The notes below the pieces were generated by a model. The model made no database searches and had not been told where the DNA came from. It was given only the letters and a program-made list of their open reading frames with translations. From Victivallaceae bacterium (lineage in GTDB: Bacteria > Verrucomicrobiota > Lentisphaeria > Victivallales > Victivallaceae): a stretch of DNA of 64,000 nt. Location: positions 295 to 64,294 of the forward strand of contig JAEDIJ010000006.1 of NCBI GenBank assembly GCA_016292515.1, in the 5' to 3' direction. Shown here piece after piece: positions 54,298 through 61,598 of the stretch. Every line of letters starts with the position of its first letter. Within the stretch, counting starts at the first letter, position 1. The translations under genes and the position numbers were made by a program.

Positions 54298-55542
54298 CTA
54301 CTTGACGGCGTTCCGCTTGCGGGAACCCCAGCTGAGAAGTTTTTTTTCTGCGCGTTCGATCCAGGATTCCTTGACGACTTCTTGCTGATCGGCATAAAAG
54401 GCGGCGATTTTGAGCGCGCCCCAGACTGCGCTGAAAGCGGGATCGTCCATCCCCGTGATCGCGCCGCCGACGTCGGCGGGACACCGCACCTGACAGGACA
54501 GACCGAAAACTTTGCGGAACATTTCCGGCGCGCGGGAAAATTTGGCTCCGCCGCCGGTGAGAACTCCGCCGGCACCGAGCGTTTGCGGAGCGTTTTCCTG
54601 CGAGAGTTTTTTGCGGATGATCGCAAAAATCTCTTCCAGACGGCAGTCGATGACGGTGATGAATTCGGTGACCGGTATCTGCCGGATCGAACCTGCAGTA
54701 TTGCGGAATTCCATATATTCCTGACGGGAGGAGATCGCCTGTTCGAGCGCACCCGACAGGATCAGTTTTTTGCAGAGGTCGAAGTGCAGATTAAAGGCGA
54801 GCGAAAGGTCGTTGATCACGTGGTCGAAACCGACTTGAAGCATCCCGGACGCGTGGATCCCGTTGTCGTATTCGAGGATGTACTCGCTGCATCCCGCACC
54901 GAGATCCACCAGCAACACGCCGTTTTTGCGCTCCGTGTCGGAAAGGATCCCGATATCCGATGCGTGCGGGGAAAAGATCGGGTAGAGCAACTCCCTTTCA
55001 AAACCGACGTTGGTCAACGCGCGGCGGAAATTGTCGATCTGCGAGGAAACGCCGTGGACGATGTGCGCGTGCGTTTCCAGTTTTGTTCCCGTATGACCGA
55101 GCGGTTTCCCGACCCGGCGGTTGTCGACGAGAGAGAAACTTTCGGAACTGTTGATGATCTCGCGACTGGAACTTAAATTGAGGACTTTTGCATCCTCCTT
55201 GGCGGCGGCGATCTCCTCCTCGGTGACGACGTGCTCCGGATTGCGGATCGTCGCGTTGCCCACGCCGCTCTGGGAAGCGATCTCGCACCCCGTCACCAGA
55301 AACGCGACGGCGCGACTGGCGTTGAAAAGATCGTCGCGGTTGATTTCCTGAATGACGTTTTCCAGATGCGACTGCAACTTGTCCATATCCTGGATCTCGC
55401 CCTTGACGACGCTGCCCGCACTGCTTTCGGAACCGCGCGCGATGATCCGCACGGAGTTTTCCCCGTCGGATTCCCCCAAGAGGACGGTGATCTTGCTGGT
55501 ACCGAGTTCGACCGCGGTGACGATGTTGGAATATCTTGCCAT
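54298..55542 (-). CDS. ftsA: cell division protein FtsA
   Basis: Actin-fold motifs VELGTSKITVLLGE, VDLGAGCSEY and GVLTGGGAKF. Adjacent to ftsZ. Confidence 0.88.
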   Translation of the reverse strand: MARYSNIVTAVELGTSKITVLLGESDGENSVRIIARGSESSAGSVVKGEIQDMDKLQSHLENVIQEINRDDLFNASRAVAFLVTGCEIASQSGVGNATIRNPEHVVTEEEIAAAKEDAKVLNLSSSREIINSSESFSLVDNRRVGKPLGHTGTKLETHAHIVHGVSSQIDNFRRALTNVGFERELLYPIFSPHASDIGILSDTERKNGVLLVDLGAGCSEYILEYDNGIHASGMLQVGFDHVINDLSLAFNLHFDLCKKLILSGALEQAISSRQEYMEFRNTAGSIRQIPVTEFITVIDCRLEEIFAIIRKKLSQENAPQTLGAGGVLTGGGAKFSRAPEMFRKVFGLSCQVRCPADVGGAITGMDDPAFSAVWGALKIAAFYADQQEVVKESWIERAEKKLLSWGSRKRNAVK

Positions 55543-55553
55543 TTTGACCGCCC

Positions 55554-56465
55554 CTACGCGTCGACGACGGCGAACATCATTTGAATTTGAAACGCGAGTT
55601 TGCCATCGCAGAGGATCTCACCCGTGCCGCGGCCGAATTTCGTCTTGGCGGGCGGGAGCGTCGAACGGACGAGCAGTTGATCTCCGGCTCCGACCGGGAA
55701 AAACGATTCCGCTTTTTCGATCGCCATAAAAACGGCGATCTTTCCGGCGTTTTCCGGACGGGAGAGGACGCTGACGCATCCTGCCTGCGCCGCGATCTCG
55801 CAGAGGATGGATTCCTGCAAAACGGGGTAGGCGGGGTCGGCATCGGTGAAAAACGGCTCGTCCAGCGTCAGATTTTTGACGACGCGGATGTTTTCGTCCG
55901 TCCATTCCTGAACGTAATCGATCAGCAGAAAGGGGTAGCGGTGCGGCAACACCTTGCGGATCGCGTTGATGTCGAGCCCCGTCTGCCCGGAAAGGTCGTT
56001 TTCATTGGGGAAATCAGGAAGTTCCCTGATGAATTCTCTGGAACGCACTTCGAGCAGAAGTTGCGCTTCGCTCGCCAGACCGGACGCGGTGAAAAGCCGG
56101 GTTTTGAATTCGGCTTTGCCTTCGTCGAGCGAAAGATTTTCCGCTTCGATTTTGATGCGGTCACCGGGGACGACCGGACGACGGAATTTGACCCGCGTCG
56201 CGCATTTGAGATAGACATCCTGCTTGTTTTCGGGGTCGAGCGTTTCGCGGCAGGCAAGTTCGGCGAGTTGCTTCATCGCTTCGAGTTGGAGTACGCCCGG
56301 CATGATCGGATGTTCGGGGAAATGCCCGGCGAAAAACGGTTCGTTGACGGAAATGTTTTTGATCGCGACGAACTTTTTGTCGTCGTTCTCCTGCGCGCGG
56401 TCGAGCAACAGCAGTTTGCCCTGAAACAACTTTTTCAAAGCGGGAAGATCGAAATAACGGCTCAT
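55554..56465 (-). CDS. fabZ: tandem double-hotdog 3-hydroxyacyl-ACP dehydratase (FabZ plus a degenerate FabZ-like domain)
   Basis: Start at ATG 56465 (MSRYFDL). Domain 1 has FAGHFPEHPIMPGVLQLEAMKQ, with catalytic His and Glu. Domain 2 has LPHRYPFLLID but FFTDADPAYPVLQESILCEIAAQ, where His is lost and Glu is kept. Confidence 0.82.
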   Translation of the reverse strand: MSRYFDLPALKKLFQGKLLLLDRAQENDDKKFVAIKNISVNEPFFAGHFPEHPIMPGVLQLEAMKQLAELACRETLDPENKQDVYLKCATRVKFRRPVVPGDRIKIEAENLSLDEGKAEFKTRLFTASGLASEAQLLLEVRSREFIRELPDFPNENDLSGQTGLDINAIRKVLPHRYPFLLIDYVQEWTDENIRVVKNLTLDEPFFTDADPAYPVLQESILCEIAAQAGCVSVLSRPENAGKIAVFMAIEKAESFFPVGAGDQLLVRSTLPPAKTKFGRGTGEILCDGKLAFQIQMMFAVVDA

Positions 56466-56476
56466 AAAAATTCCCC

Positions 56477-57322
56477 TTATTTGGCGGCGGCGATTTCTTT
56501 GGCGAGCAATCCGGCGAGATCGACGTTGCGCGGATGTCCGGGGCGGATGGCGATGACGTTGCCGCGGATCCGCCGTCCGGCGAGGTAAAGATCGCCGACG
56601 AGATCGAGGATCTTGTGGCGGACGATTTCGTTGGTGAAGCGCAGTTTTTCCTTGCAGATGATCGCGCCTTGATGGATGATCGCGGCGGCGTCGAGACTGC
56701 CGCCTTTGCACAATCCCGCCGCCATCAGCATTTTGAGGTCGCTGTAATCGACGAAAGTGCGCCCCGGCGCAATCTCCTGATAATACGCTTCCGTATCGAG
56801 CGTGAATTCAAAGAATTGCGGGTCAAAGGGACAGCCTTTGAACTGCGTGACGCAACTGATCTGCAAGGCGTCGGGATTGGGAAAAATGACGATCTGCGTA
56901 CCGCCTTTGACGACGCGCAGCGGTTGCGCCGGAGTGAAGTACTGCGCTTCGGCGTCCTGTTCGACGGCGCCGCAGTTGCGGATCATTTCAAAAAAGGCGA
57001 GACTGCTCCCGTCGCAGATCGGCGGTTCCGGCCCGTCCATCTCGACGATGCAGTTGTCGATGAAATTGGCGTGGAGTGCCGACATGATGTGCTCGATGGT
57101 GTAGACGATCGCGTTTCCGGAAGCGATCGTCGTGCCGCGCTGGACATCGACGACGTTGGCGACGAAGCCGCTGACTTCCGGTTTTCCCGGCAGATCGACC
57201 CGGCGGAAGCGGATCCCGGTATTTTCCGGCGCGGGCAAGATGTGCAGCGTCGCCCGGGCGCCGGTATGCAACGCGATCCCCGAAAGATGTCCTTCGGAGG
57301 ATAAAGTTCTCTGTTTTTCCAT
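56477..57322 (-). CDS. lpxC: UDP-3-O-acyl-N-acetylglucosamine deacetylase
   Basis: GIALHTGARATL, TTIASGN..VYTIEHIMSAL and HKILDLVGDLYLAG. Start at ATG 57322. Confidence 0.92.
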   Translation of the reverse strand: MEKQRTLSSEGHLSGIALHTGARATLHILPAPENTGIRFRRVDLPGKPEVSGFVANVVDVQRGTTIASGNAIVYTIEHIMSALHANFIDNCIVEMDGPEPPICDGSSLAFFEMIRNCGAVEQDAEAQYFTPAQPLRVVKGGTQIVIFPNPDALQISCVTQFKGCPFDPQFFEFTLDTEAYYQEIAPGRTFVDYSDLKMLMAAGLCKGGSLDAAAIIHQGAIICKEKLRFTNEIVRHKILDLVGDLYLAGRRIRGNVIAIRPGHPRNVDLAGLLAKEIAAAK

Positions 57323-57413
57323 ATTAAATCCCGAAAAAAATTTGCATTTTTCACATTTCCATACCATAATATGTACGCGACGCAGGAAAAATACAATACG
57401 GAATTGAAAAAAA

Positions 57414-58298
57414 ATGACGGATTTTCAACATTCTTCCCGTAGGGAAGTCAAAGTCATCGCCGTGACCGGGCCCACCGCCACCGGCAAAACGCATCTTGCC
57501 GTTGAGCTTGCGCGCCGCTTCAACGGCGAGATCGTCAGCGTCGATTCGCGTCAGGTCTACCGCAATCTTGATCTCGGCACCGGCAAGGATATCGAGGAGT
57601 ACGGCGATGTCGCGTATCATTTGATCGACATTGCCGATCCCGCGACGGAGGAGTACAATCTCTTTCGCTTCCTGCACGACGCCTTTGCCGCGATCGAAGA
57701 GATCGACCGGCGGGGCAAGGTGGCGATCCTCTGCGGCGGAAGCGCGCTCTACCTCGCCGCCTTGTTGCAGGATTACCGGCTTCCGGGGACGGAGCGCGAT
57801 CACGAAACGCCCCGGCAGAGCCGCGATCTCACGCAAAAGGAGGCTTTTGCTCCGCAATTCAAATTGAATGCGCTGACGCTCGGCGTCCTTTATCCGCGCA
57901 ACGAGGTGCGGAGCCGCATCGAGGAGCGTCTTGACAAACGCTTTTCCGCCGGAATGGTCGACGAGGTTTCCGCGTTGGTCAAAAGCGGTGTCTCCTTTGA
58001 GAAATTGGAGTATTTCGGTCTGGAATATCGCGAGATCGGCCGCTTTTTGCAGAAGCAGTGCGATTTTGCGACGATGCGGCAAAATCTGCTTGACCGCATC
58101 CGTCAGTTCGCCAAAAGGCAGGATATTTTCTTTCGCAAAATGGAGCGCGAAAACGTGGCGATCTACTGGATCAAAAAAGGCGACGTCGCGGAAGCGGAAA
58201 AACTGGTGAGTTTATTTCTGCAAGGCGGAAAACTTCCCGAGATCACTTTCCGGCTCGCCGATTTTCACAATCCCGGCATCCGCGGCACTAAAAAGTAA
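57414..58298 (+). CDS. miaA: tRNA dimethylallyltransferase
   Basis: P-loop VTGPTATGKT and SVDSRQVYRNLDLGTGK. Confidence 0.92.
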   Translation: MTDFQHSSRREVKVIAVTGPTATGKTHLAVELARRFNGEIVSVDSRQVYRNLDLGTGKDIEEYGDVAYHLIDIADPATEEYNLFRFLHDAFAAIEEIDRRGKVAILCGGSALYLAALLQDYRLPGTERDHETPRQSRDLTQKEAFAPQFKLNALTLGVLYPRNEVRSRIEERLDKRFSAGMVDEVSALVKSGVSFEKLEYFGLEYREIGRFLQKQCDFATMRQNLLDRIRQFAKRQDIFFRKMERENVAIYWIKKGDVAEAEKLVSLFLQGGKLPEITFRLADFHNPGIRGTKK

Positions 58299-59169
58299 AG
58301 AGATTTTTGTCCCGGATCGGCGCGCGCAACGCTTCGGCGATCTCCGGCGCCCGCGTCGCGAAAAAGGGGGCGAGCGCGTTTTGTTTTTCCCCTGCGATCT
58401 CCACGCGGGAGAGAAGTTTCGCCGTAATGCGCGGCGTATACTTGCCCTGCCACGAGGGGAGAAGTTTTTCGATGACTCCGGCATTGGGGTTGAGCAAAGT
58501 GACCGTATCAAAAAATCTTCCGAATTCACTTTGCCACAAATCCGTATAGCCGAAGTGCGTACAGCAAAGCCCCAACAACAACTTGCCGCCGCCGAAATGC
58601 TCCGCCGCCTGCCGCGCGTAATGGCGGAGCATCCGGTGCACCATTGCGCCGCAGGGGGCGTATTCGATCTGCGTCGCAAGTCCGGGGCAACCGAGTTCGG
58701 CGATTTTCCGGTCGGCAAATCCGTTTTGAAAGAGCCTTTTGGAATAAAGACCGCTCTGCGCCGTCGTCGCCGTGCCGCAGATCAGAAGCGACGCTTCGGG
58801 GTTTTTCCGCAAACCGTCGGCGAGAAGTTCCGTCGCCGCGTCGAGCATCGTTTCCGTCGGAAAAGGCAATGCGACGTTGCCGTCGGCAAGAAGCGTCGAA
58901 ATCGTGTTGCAGGCGTAGACGACGAGAGATGGTTCCAATTCGGCGATCGCGCCGTTGACTTGGCGCAACGCCGCAAGTTTGGTTTCAAGATCGGGGAGTT
59001 GATTGAAACCGACGCCCGGCCGCGGCCAGGCGTTGAAGCAGATGATCTCCGCTTCCTTGACCCGGCAGCAGTCGCGGAAACGGGAAATGAAGTTCGCGGC
59101 GACGTCCAGCCCGCCAAGACCGGAATCGCAAAAGACGATGCGCGCAAAAGAATGACTTTTTTCCGCCAT
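58288..59169 (-). CDS. murI: glutamate racemase-like protein (Asp/Glu racemase family)
   Basis: Start at ATG 59169. FCDSGLGGLDV plus the two catalytic-Cys motifs YACNTIS and LCCTHFGY. Starts 3 nt after the LacI-family gene stop. Confidence 0.65.
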   Translation of the reverse strand: MAEKSHSFARIVFCDSGLGGLDVAANFISRFRDCCRVKEAEIICFNAWPRPGVGFNQLPDLETKLAALRQVNGAIAELEPSLVVYACNTISTLLADGNVALPFPTETMLDAATELLADGLRKNPEASLLICGTATTAQSGLYSKRLFQNGFADRKIAELGCPGLATQIEYAPCGAMVHRMLRHYARQAAEHFGGGKLLLGLCCTHFGYTDLWQSEFGRFFDTVTLLNPNAGVIEKLLPSWQGKYTPRITAKLLSRVEIAGEKQNALAPFFATRAPEIAEALRAPIRDKNLFTF

Positions 59170-59171
59170 TG

Positions 59172-60176
59172 TTATGAACTGTGGCGCACCAGAAGTGCCG
59201 GAGAAAGTTTTTTGCGCACCGGCAAGCCGGAGGCGTTGTCGCAGAGATGGTTGAATGCGAGTTCCGCGAGGTGGTCGTAATCCAATGCGACCGTTGTCAG
59301 CGTCGGAAAAAGCTGTTCGCTCAACGGGATGTTGTCGCAACCGCAGATCGCGACGTCGCCCGGCACGTCCAGTTGATGCTGACGCAAAACGCGGATCGCG
59401 GCGACGGCAAGTTCGTCGGTGGTGGCGATGGCGTCAAAAGGAACTTTTGTCTGAATGAATTTTTCCAATACCTCCGCCGCGTTGGCGGGCGTGAAATCGC
59501 AACGCAAAATCAAAGCGGGATCGACGGCGATTTTGTGCGCTTTGAGCGTTTCGCGGTAACCTGTTTCCAGTTCGCGGGCGAAACCGTGTTCCTCCGGACC
59601 ATTGAGAAGCAGGATCCGTTTACGCTTTTTCGACAACAGATGTTCGACTTGGAGATGCGCCGCTTCAACGTTGTCAAAGGTGAGCGAACTGTACGCCGCG
59701 TCGTCGTCGGGAATGCCGGGATTGTCGAGGATGAGAAGCCCGGGAAAGGCGCATTGCAACGCGAGCAACTGTTTTTCCGGGAAGTCGCCGATCACGACGA
59801 CCGCCGCCGATTCGGTACTGCGCATCGAGTCGAGGATCCGCGCAAAAGCGCAGTAATCGCCGTTGGCGAAACGGGTCATGCAGACATATCCGCGTTCGGC
59901 GAGCCGTTGCTCCAACGCGATCAGCAATCGGAAAGAAAAGATCGGGACGCTTTTGCGTCGGAAGCCGACCAGCAATTGGATTTTGGGCGGCTCCTGCGCC
60001 GCGCCGGGACGCCCCTGCCGCGTTTGACGGAAGTAACCGAGTTTCTGCGCGACTTTGAGGATCTTGGCGCGGGTCTCGGCGTTGATGCGCGCTTTTTGCC
60101 GCAACGCGCGGCTGACCGTCATACTGCTGGTACCGCAAGCCGCCGCGACGTCGGCGATGGTGATCCTTTTTTTCAT
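59172..60176 (-). CDS. LacI-family transcriptional regulator
   Basis: N-terminal HTH ITIADVAAACGTSSMTVSRALR plus a periplasmic-binding-protein-like sugar-binding core. Confidence 0.9.
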   Translation of the reverse strand: MKKRITIADVAAACGTSSMTVSRALRQKARINAETRAKILKVAQKLGYFRQTRQGRPGAAQEPPKIQLLVGFRRKSVPIFSFRLLIALEQRLAERGYVCMTRFANGDYCAFARILDSMRSTESAAVVVIGDFPEKQLLALQCAFPGLLILDNPGIPDDDAAYSSLTFDNVEAAHLQVEHLLSKKRKRILLLNGPEEHGFARELETGYRETLKAHKIAVDPALILRCDFTPANAAEVLEKFIQTKVPFDAIATTDELAVAAIRVLRQHQLDVPGDVAICGCDNIPLSEQLFPTLTTVALDYDHLAELAFNHLCDNASGLPVRKKLSPALLVRHSS

Positions 60177-60317
60177 CCGTCAATTCCCCTTGTCATTGAT
60201 TTAACATAACTTATAACATACAGCAAACGGCGTCTTATTTCAATGTAAAAACATCGATTTTATGTTATAATTTGTTAAAAAAACCAAAAAATAACATAAA
60301 AAGAGGAAAGATCGTAC

Positions 60318-60349
60318 TTGCAAAACACGCTGAAAGGTGATATCTTATA
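60318..60349 (+). promoter_or_regulatory. putative promoter of tRNA-Leu
   Basis: TTGCAA (60318-60323), 17-nt spacer, TATCTTATA (60341-60349). The tRNA 5' end lies at 60357. Confidence 0.5.
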
Positions 60350-60356
60350 AAACCGT

Positions 60357-60441
60357 GCCGGAGTGGCGAAATGGCAGACGCACTTGACTCAAAATCAAGC
60401 GGGTAACCCCCATATGGGTTCGACTCCCATCTCCGGTACCA
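60357..60441 (+). tRNA. tRNA-Leu (anticodon CAA)
   Basis: Acceptor GCCGGAG/CTCCGGT, anticodon stem-loop CTTGA-CTCAAAA-TCAAG, long variable arm, T-arm ATGGG-TTCGACT-CCCAT, encoded CCA. Confidence 0.9.
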
Positions 60442-60461
60442 TTTCCCCCTTAAAATCTCCT

Positions 60462-60990
60462 GCGATGGCGTAAGAGCCATCGCCCCGCTACGCGGCTTCG
60501 GTCGATTTTCGGGGGAGCCCCCGCGCTCTCGCGCATCCGTTCCTCGGTGCTCCGCACCTCCGGTACTCGCGGCTTCGCGTAAGGTAGTTTTTAATTCATT
60601 TTAATCAAAAAGTCAATTGCGCACCCGTGAGAGGGTGCGCCCCGCTACGCGACTTCCGACTCCGCCAAGGCTCCGTCGTGACAAGTCGGTATCTTTCTGG
60701 CTTGCCGCGCCGTAGCATTAGCGTAGGCGGGTACTCGCGGCTTCGCGTATGGTAGTTTTTTACTCAGTTATGAGAGATGAGAGATTGTCTCGCAAATCGA
60801 CGCGTCGCGCCCCCAGTGCGGATTTGAGCGATCGGGAACGATAAGACAAGTAAGATTGGCTGAACCTTGCGCCGCATTTCACACTTTTTGTTTTCCGGAT
60901 CAACCACCATACTCGCGAAGCGAGCGCTTCACTTCTTCACTTTTTCTCGCGGCGCTAACTGCGCCGCATTTCACTCTTTTGGCTGGCACG
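60462..60990. repeat. mosaic intergenic repeat cluster, copy E (tandem units plus arm fragments)
   Basis: Direct repeats: CGCCCCGCTACGCG at 60481 and 60638; a 31-mer GGTACTCGCGGCTTCGCGTA(A/T)GGTAGTTTTT at 60562 and 60729 (30/31); TGCGCCGCATTTCAC at 60868 and 60960. Module 60663-60687 is 22/25 identical to the reverse complement of 36130-36154. TCTCGCGGCGC arm start at 60945. Confidence 0.65.
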
Positions 60991-61045
60991 GTCGGCGGCG
61001 AAAAATTTTTTCGTAATAAAAAAATTGATTTTTTTAAAAAGGTGC

Positions 61046-61076
61046 TTGACTTTTCAAAAAAACGCGTTATCTTATA
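61046..61076 (+). promoter_or_regulatory. putative promoter sharing the -10 block of the tRNA-Leu promoter
   Basis: TTGACT (61046-61051), 16-nt spacer, TATCTTATA (61068-61076). The 9-mer is identical to 60341-60349. Confidence 0.45.
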
Positions 61077-61334
61077 GGCATAGAGGTGATTCGGAGGCGG
61101 GGGCTACGTTTTTATTGGTAGCGTGTATCTGGATCATCTTTTTTATTGCAACGGCCATTGCCTGTCGCCGTAATGATCTCCCTCGTTGTGCCAGGATACG
61201 AGTTTCTGTTTTTTCGTGCGTTCATCATACGTCATTACGCAGTAATTTTCTTCCGATCATTGTGCACGATAATTCTGCGGATGTATACGTTAAGTCTGTT
61301 GCTTACTGTTGCGCTTTCCAACCCCACAACCACC

Positions 61335-61352
61335 CGGCAATCCGGATTGCCG
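61335..61352. promoter_or_regulatory. 18-bp perfect palindrome, candidate operator
   Basis: CGGCAATCCGGATTGCCG. The core CAATCCGGATTG recurs at 26199-26210. Related to CGGCAAATCATTTGCCG at 18646-18662. Confidence 0.4.
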
Positions 61353-61386
61353 ATCTGTTGCTTTATAAAAAATCGGAAACTTGTAT

Positions 61387-61414
61387 TTGACATTCGCCGT
61401 ATCCGGGATATATT
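61387..61414 (+). promoter_or_regulatory. putative sigma-70 promoter upstream of the esterase leader
   Basis: TTGACA (61387-61392), 16-nt spacer, TATATT (61409-61414). Followed by hairpins at 61416-61434, 61454-61488 and 61500-61516 plus a T-run, all before ATG 61599. Confidence 0.45.
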
Positions 61415-61598
61415 AACCACCGCGCTTGGGTGGTTTGACCTCCTTTTTTTCCCGAAAGCCTCGCGCGCTTGTCCCGCGCGGGGCTTTCTCTATACCGATC
61501 GGATGAAAAAAATCCGTTTTTCGGCGACAATTCCCCTTTCAAAAATTTCCCGATAATGTTATAGTATAACGACAATAAAATCACGCGAGGCAATAAAA

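Noticed and set aside
60558-60566. CTCCGGTAC, identical to the 3' end of tRNA-Leu (60431-60439), as a possible att site duplication of an integrated element
   Set aside because: It is only 9 nt, well within chance expectation, and there is no integrase or cargo genes between the copies.
60481-60760. CRISPR-like appearance of conserved repeats separated by unrelated interiors
   Set aside because: There are only two units at 157-167 bp spacing. The two repeat types are different, and there are no cas genes. This does not fit a 28-37 bp repeat and spacer architecture.
61078-61386. Possible tmRNA, RNase P RNA or 6S RNA downstream of the tRNA-type promoter
   Set aside because: GGGGGCTACG superficially resembles a tmRNA 5' end, and a TAATGA double stop exists. 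However, there is no complementary 3' acceptor strand, no T-arm (GGTTCGA-type) and no Ala-rich tag frame. The RNase P core GGAAAGTCCGG is absent. There is no long closing helix for a 6S RNA.
61025-61556. ORFs of 121 and 136 aa in the lower-GC island
   Set aside because: There is no RBS. The reading frames run through predicted promoters, an 18-bp palindrome and terminator-like hairpins. The hydrophobic, Cys-rich and Arg-rich composition looks random.
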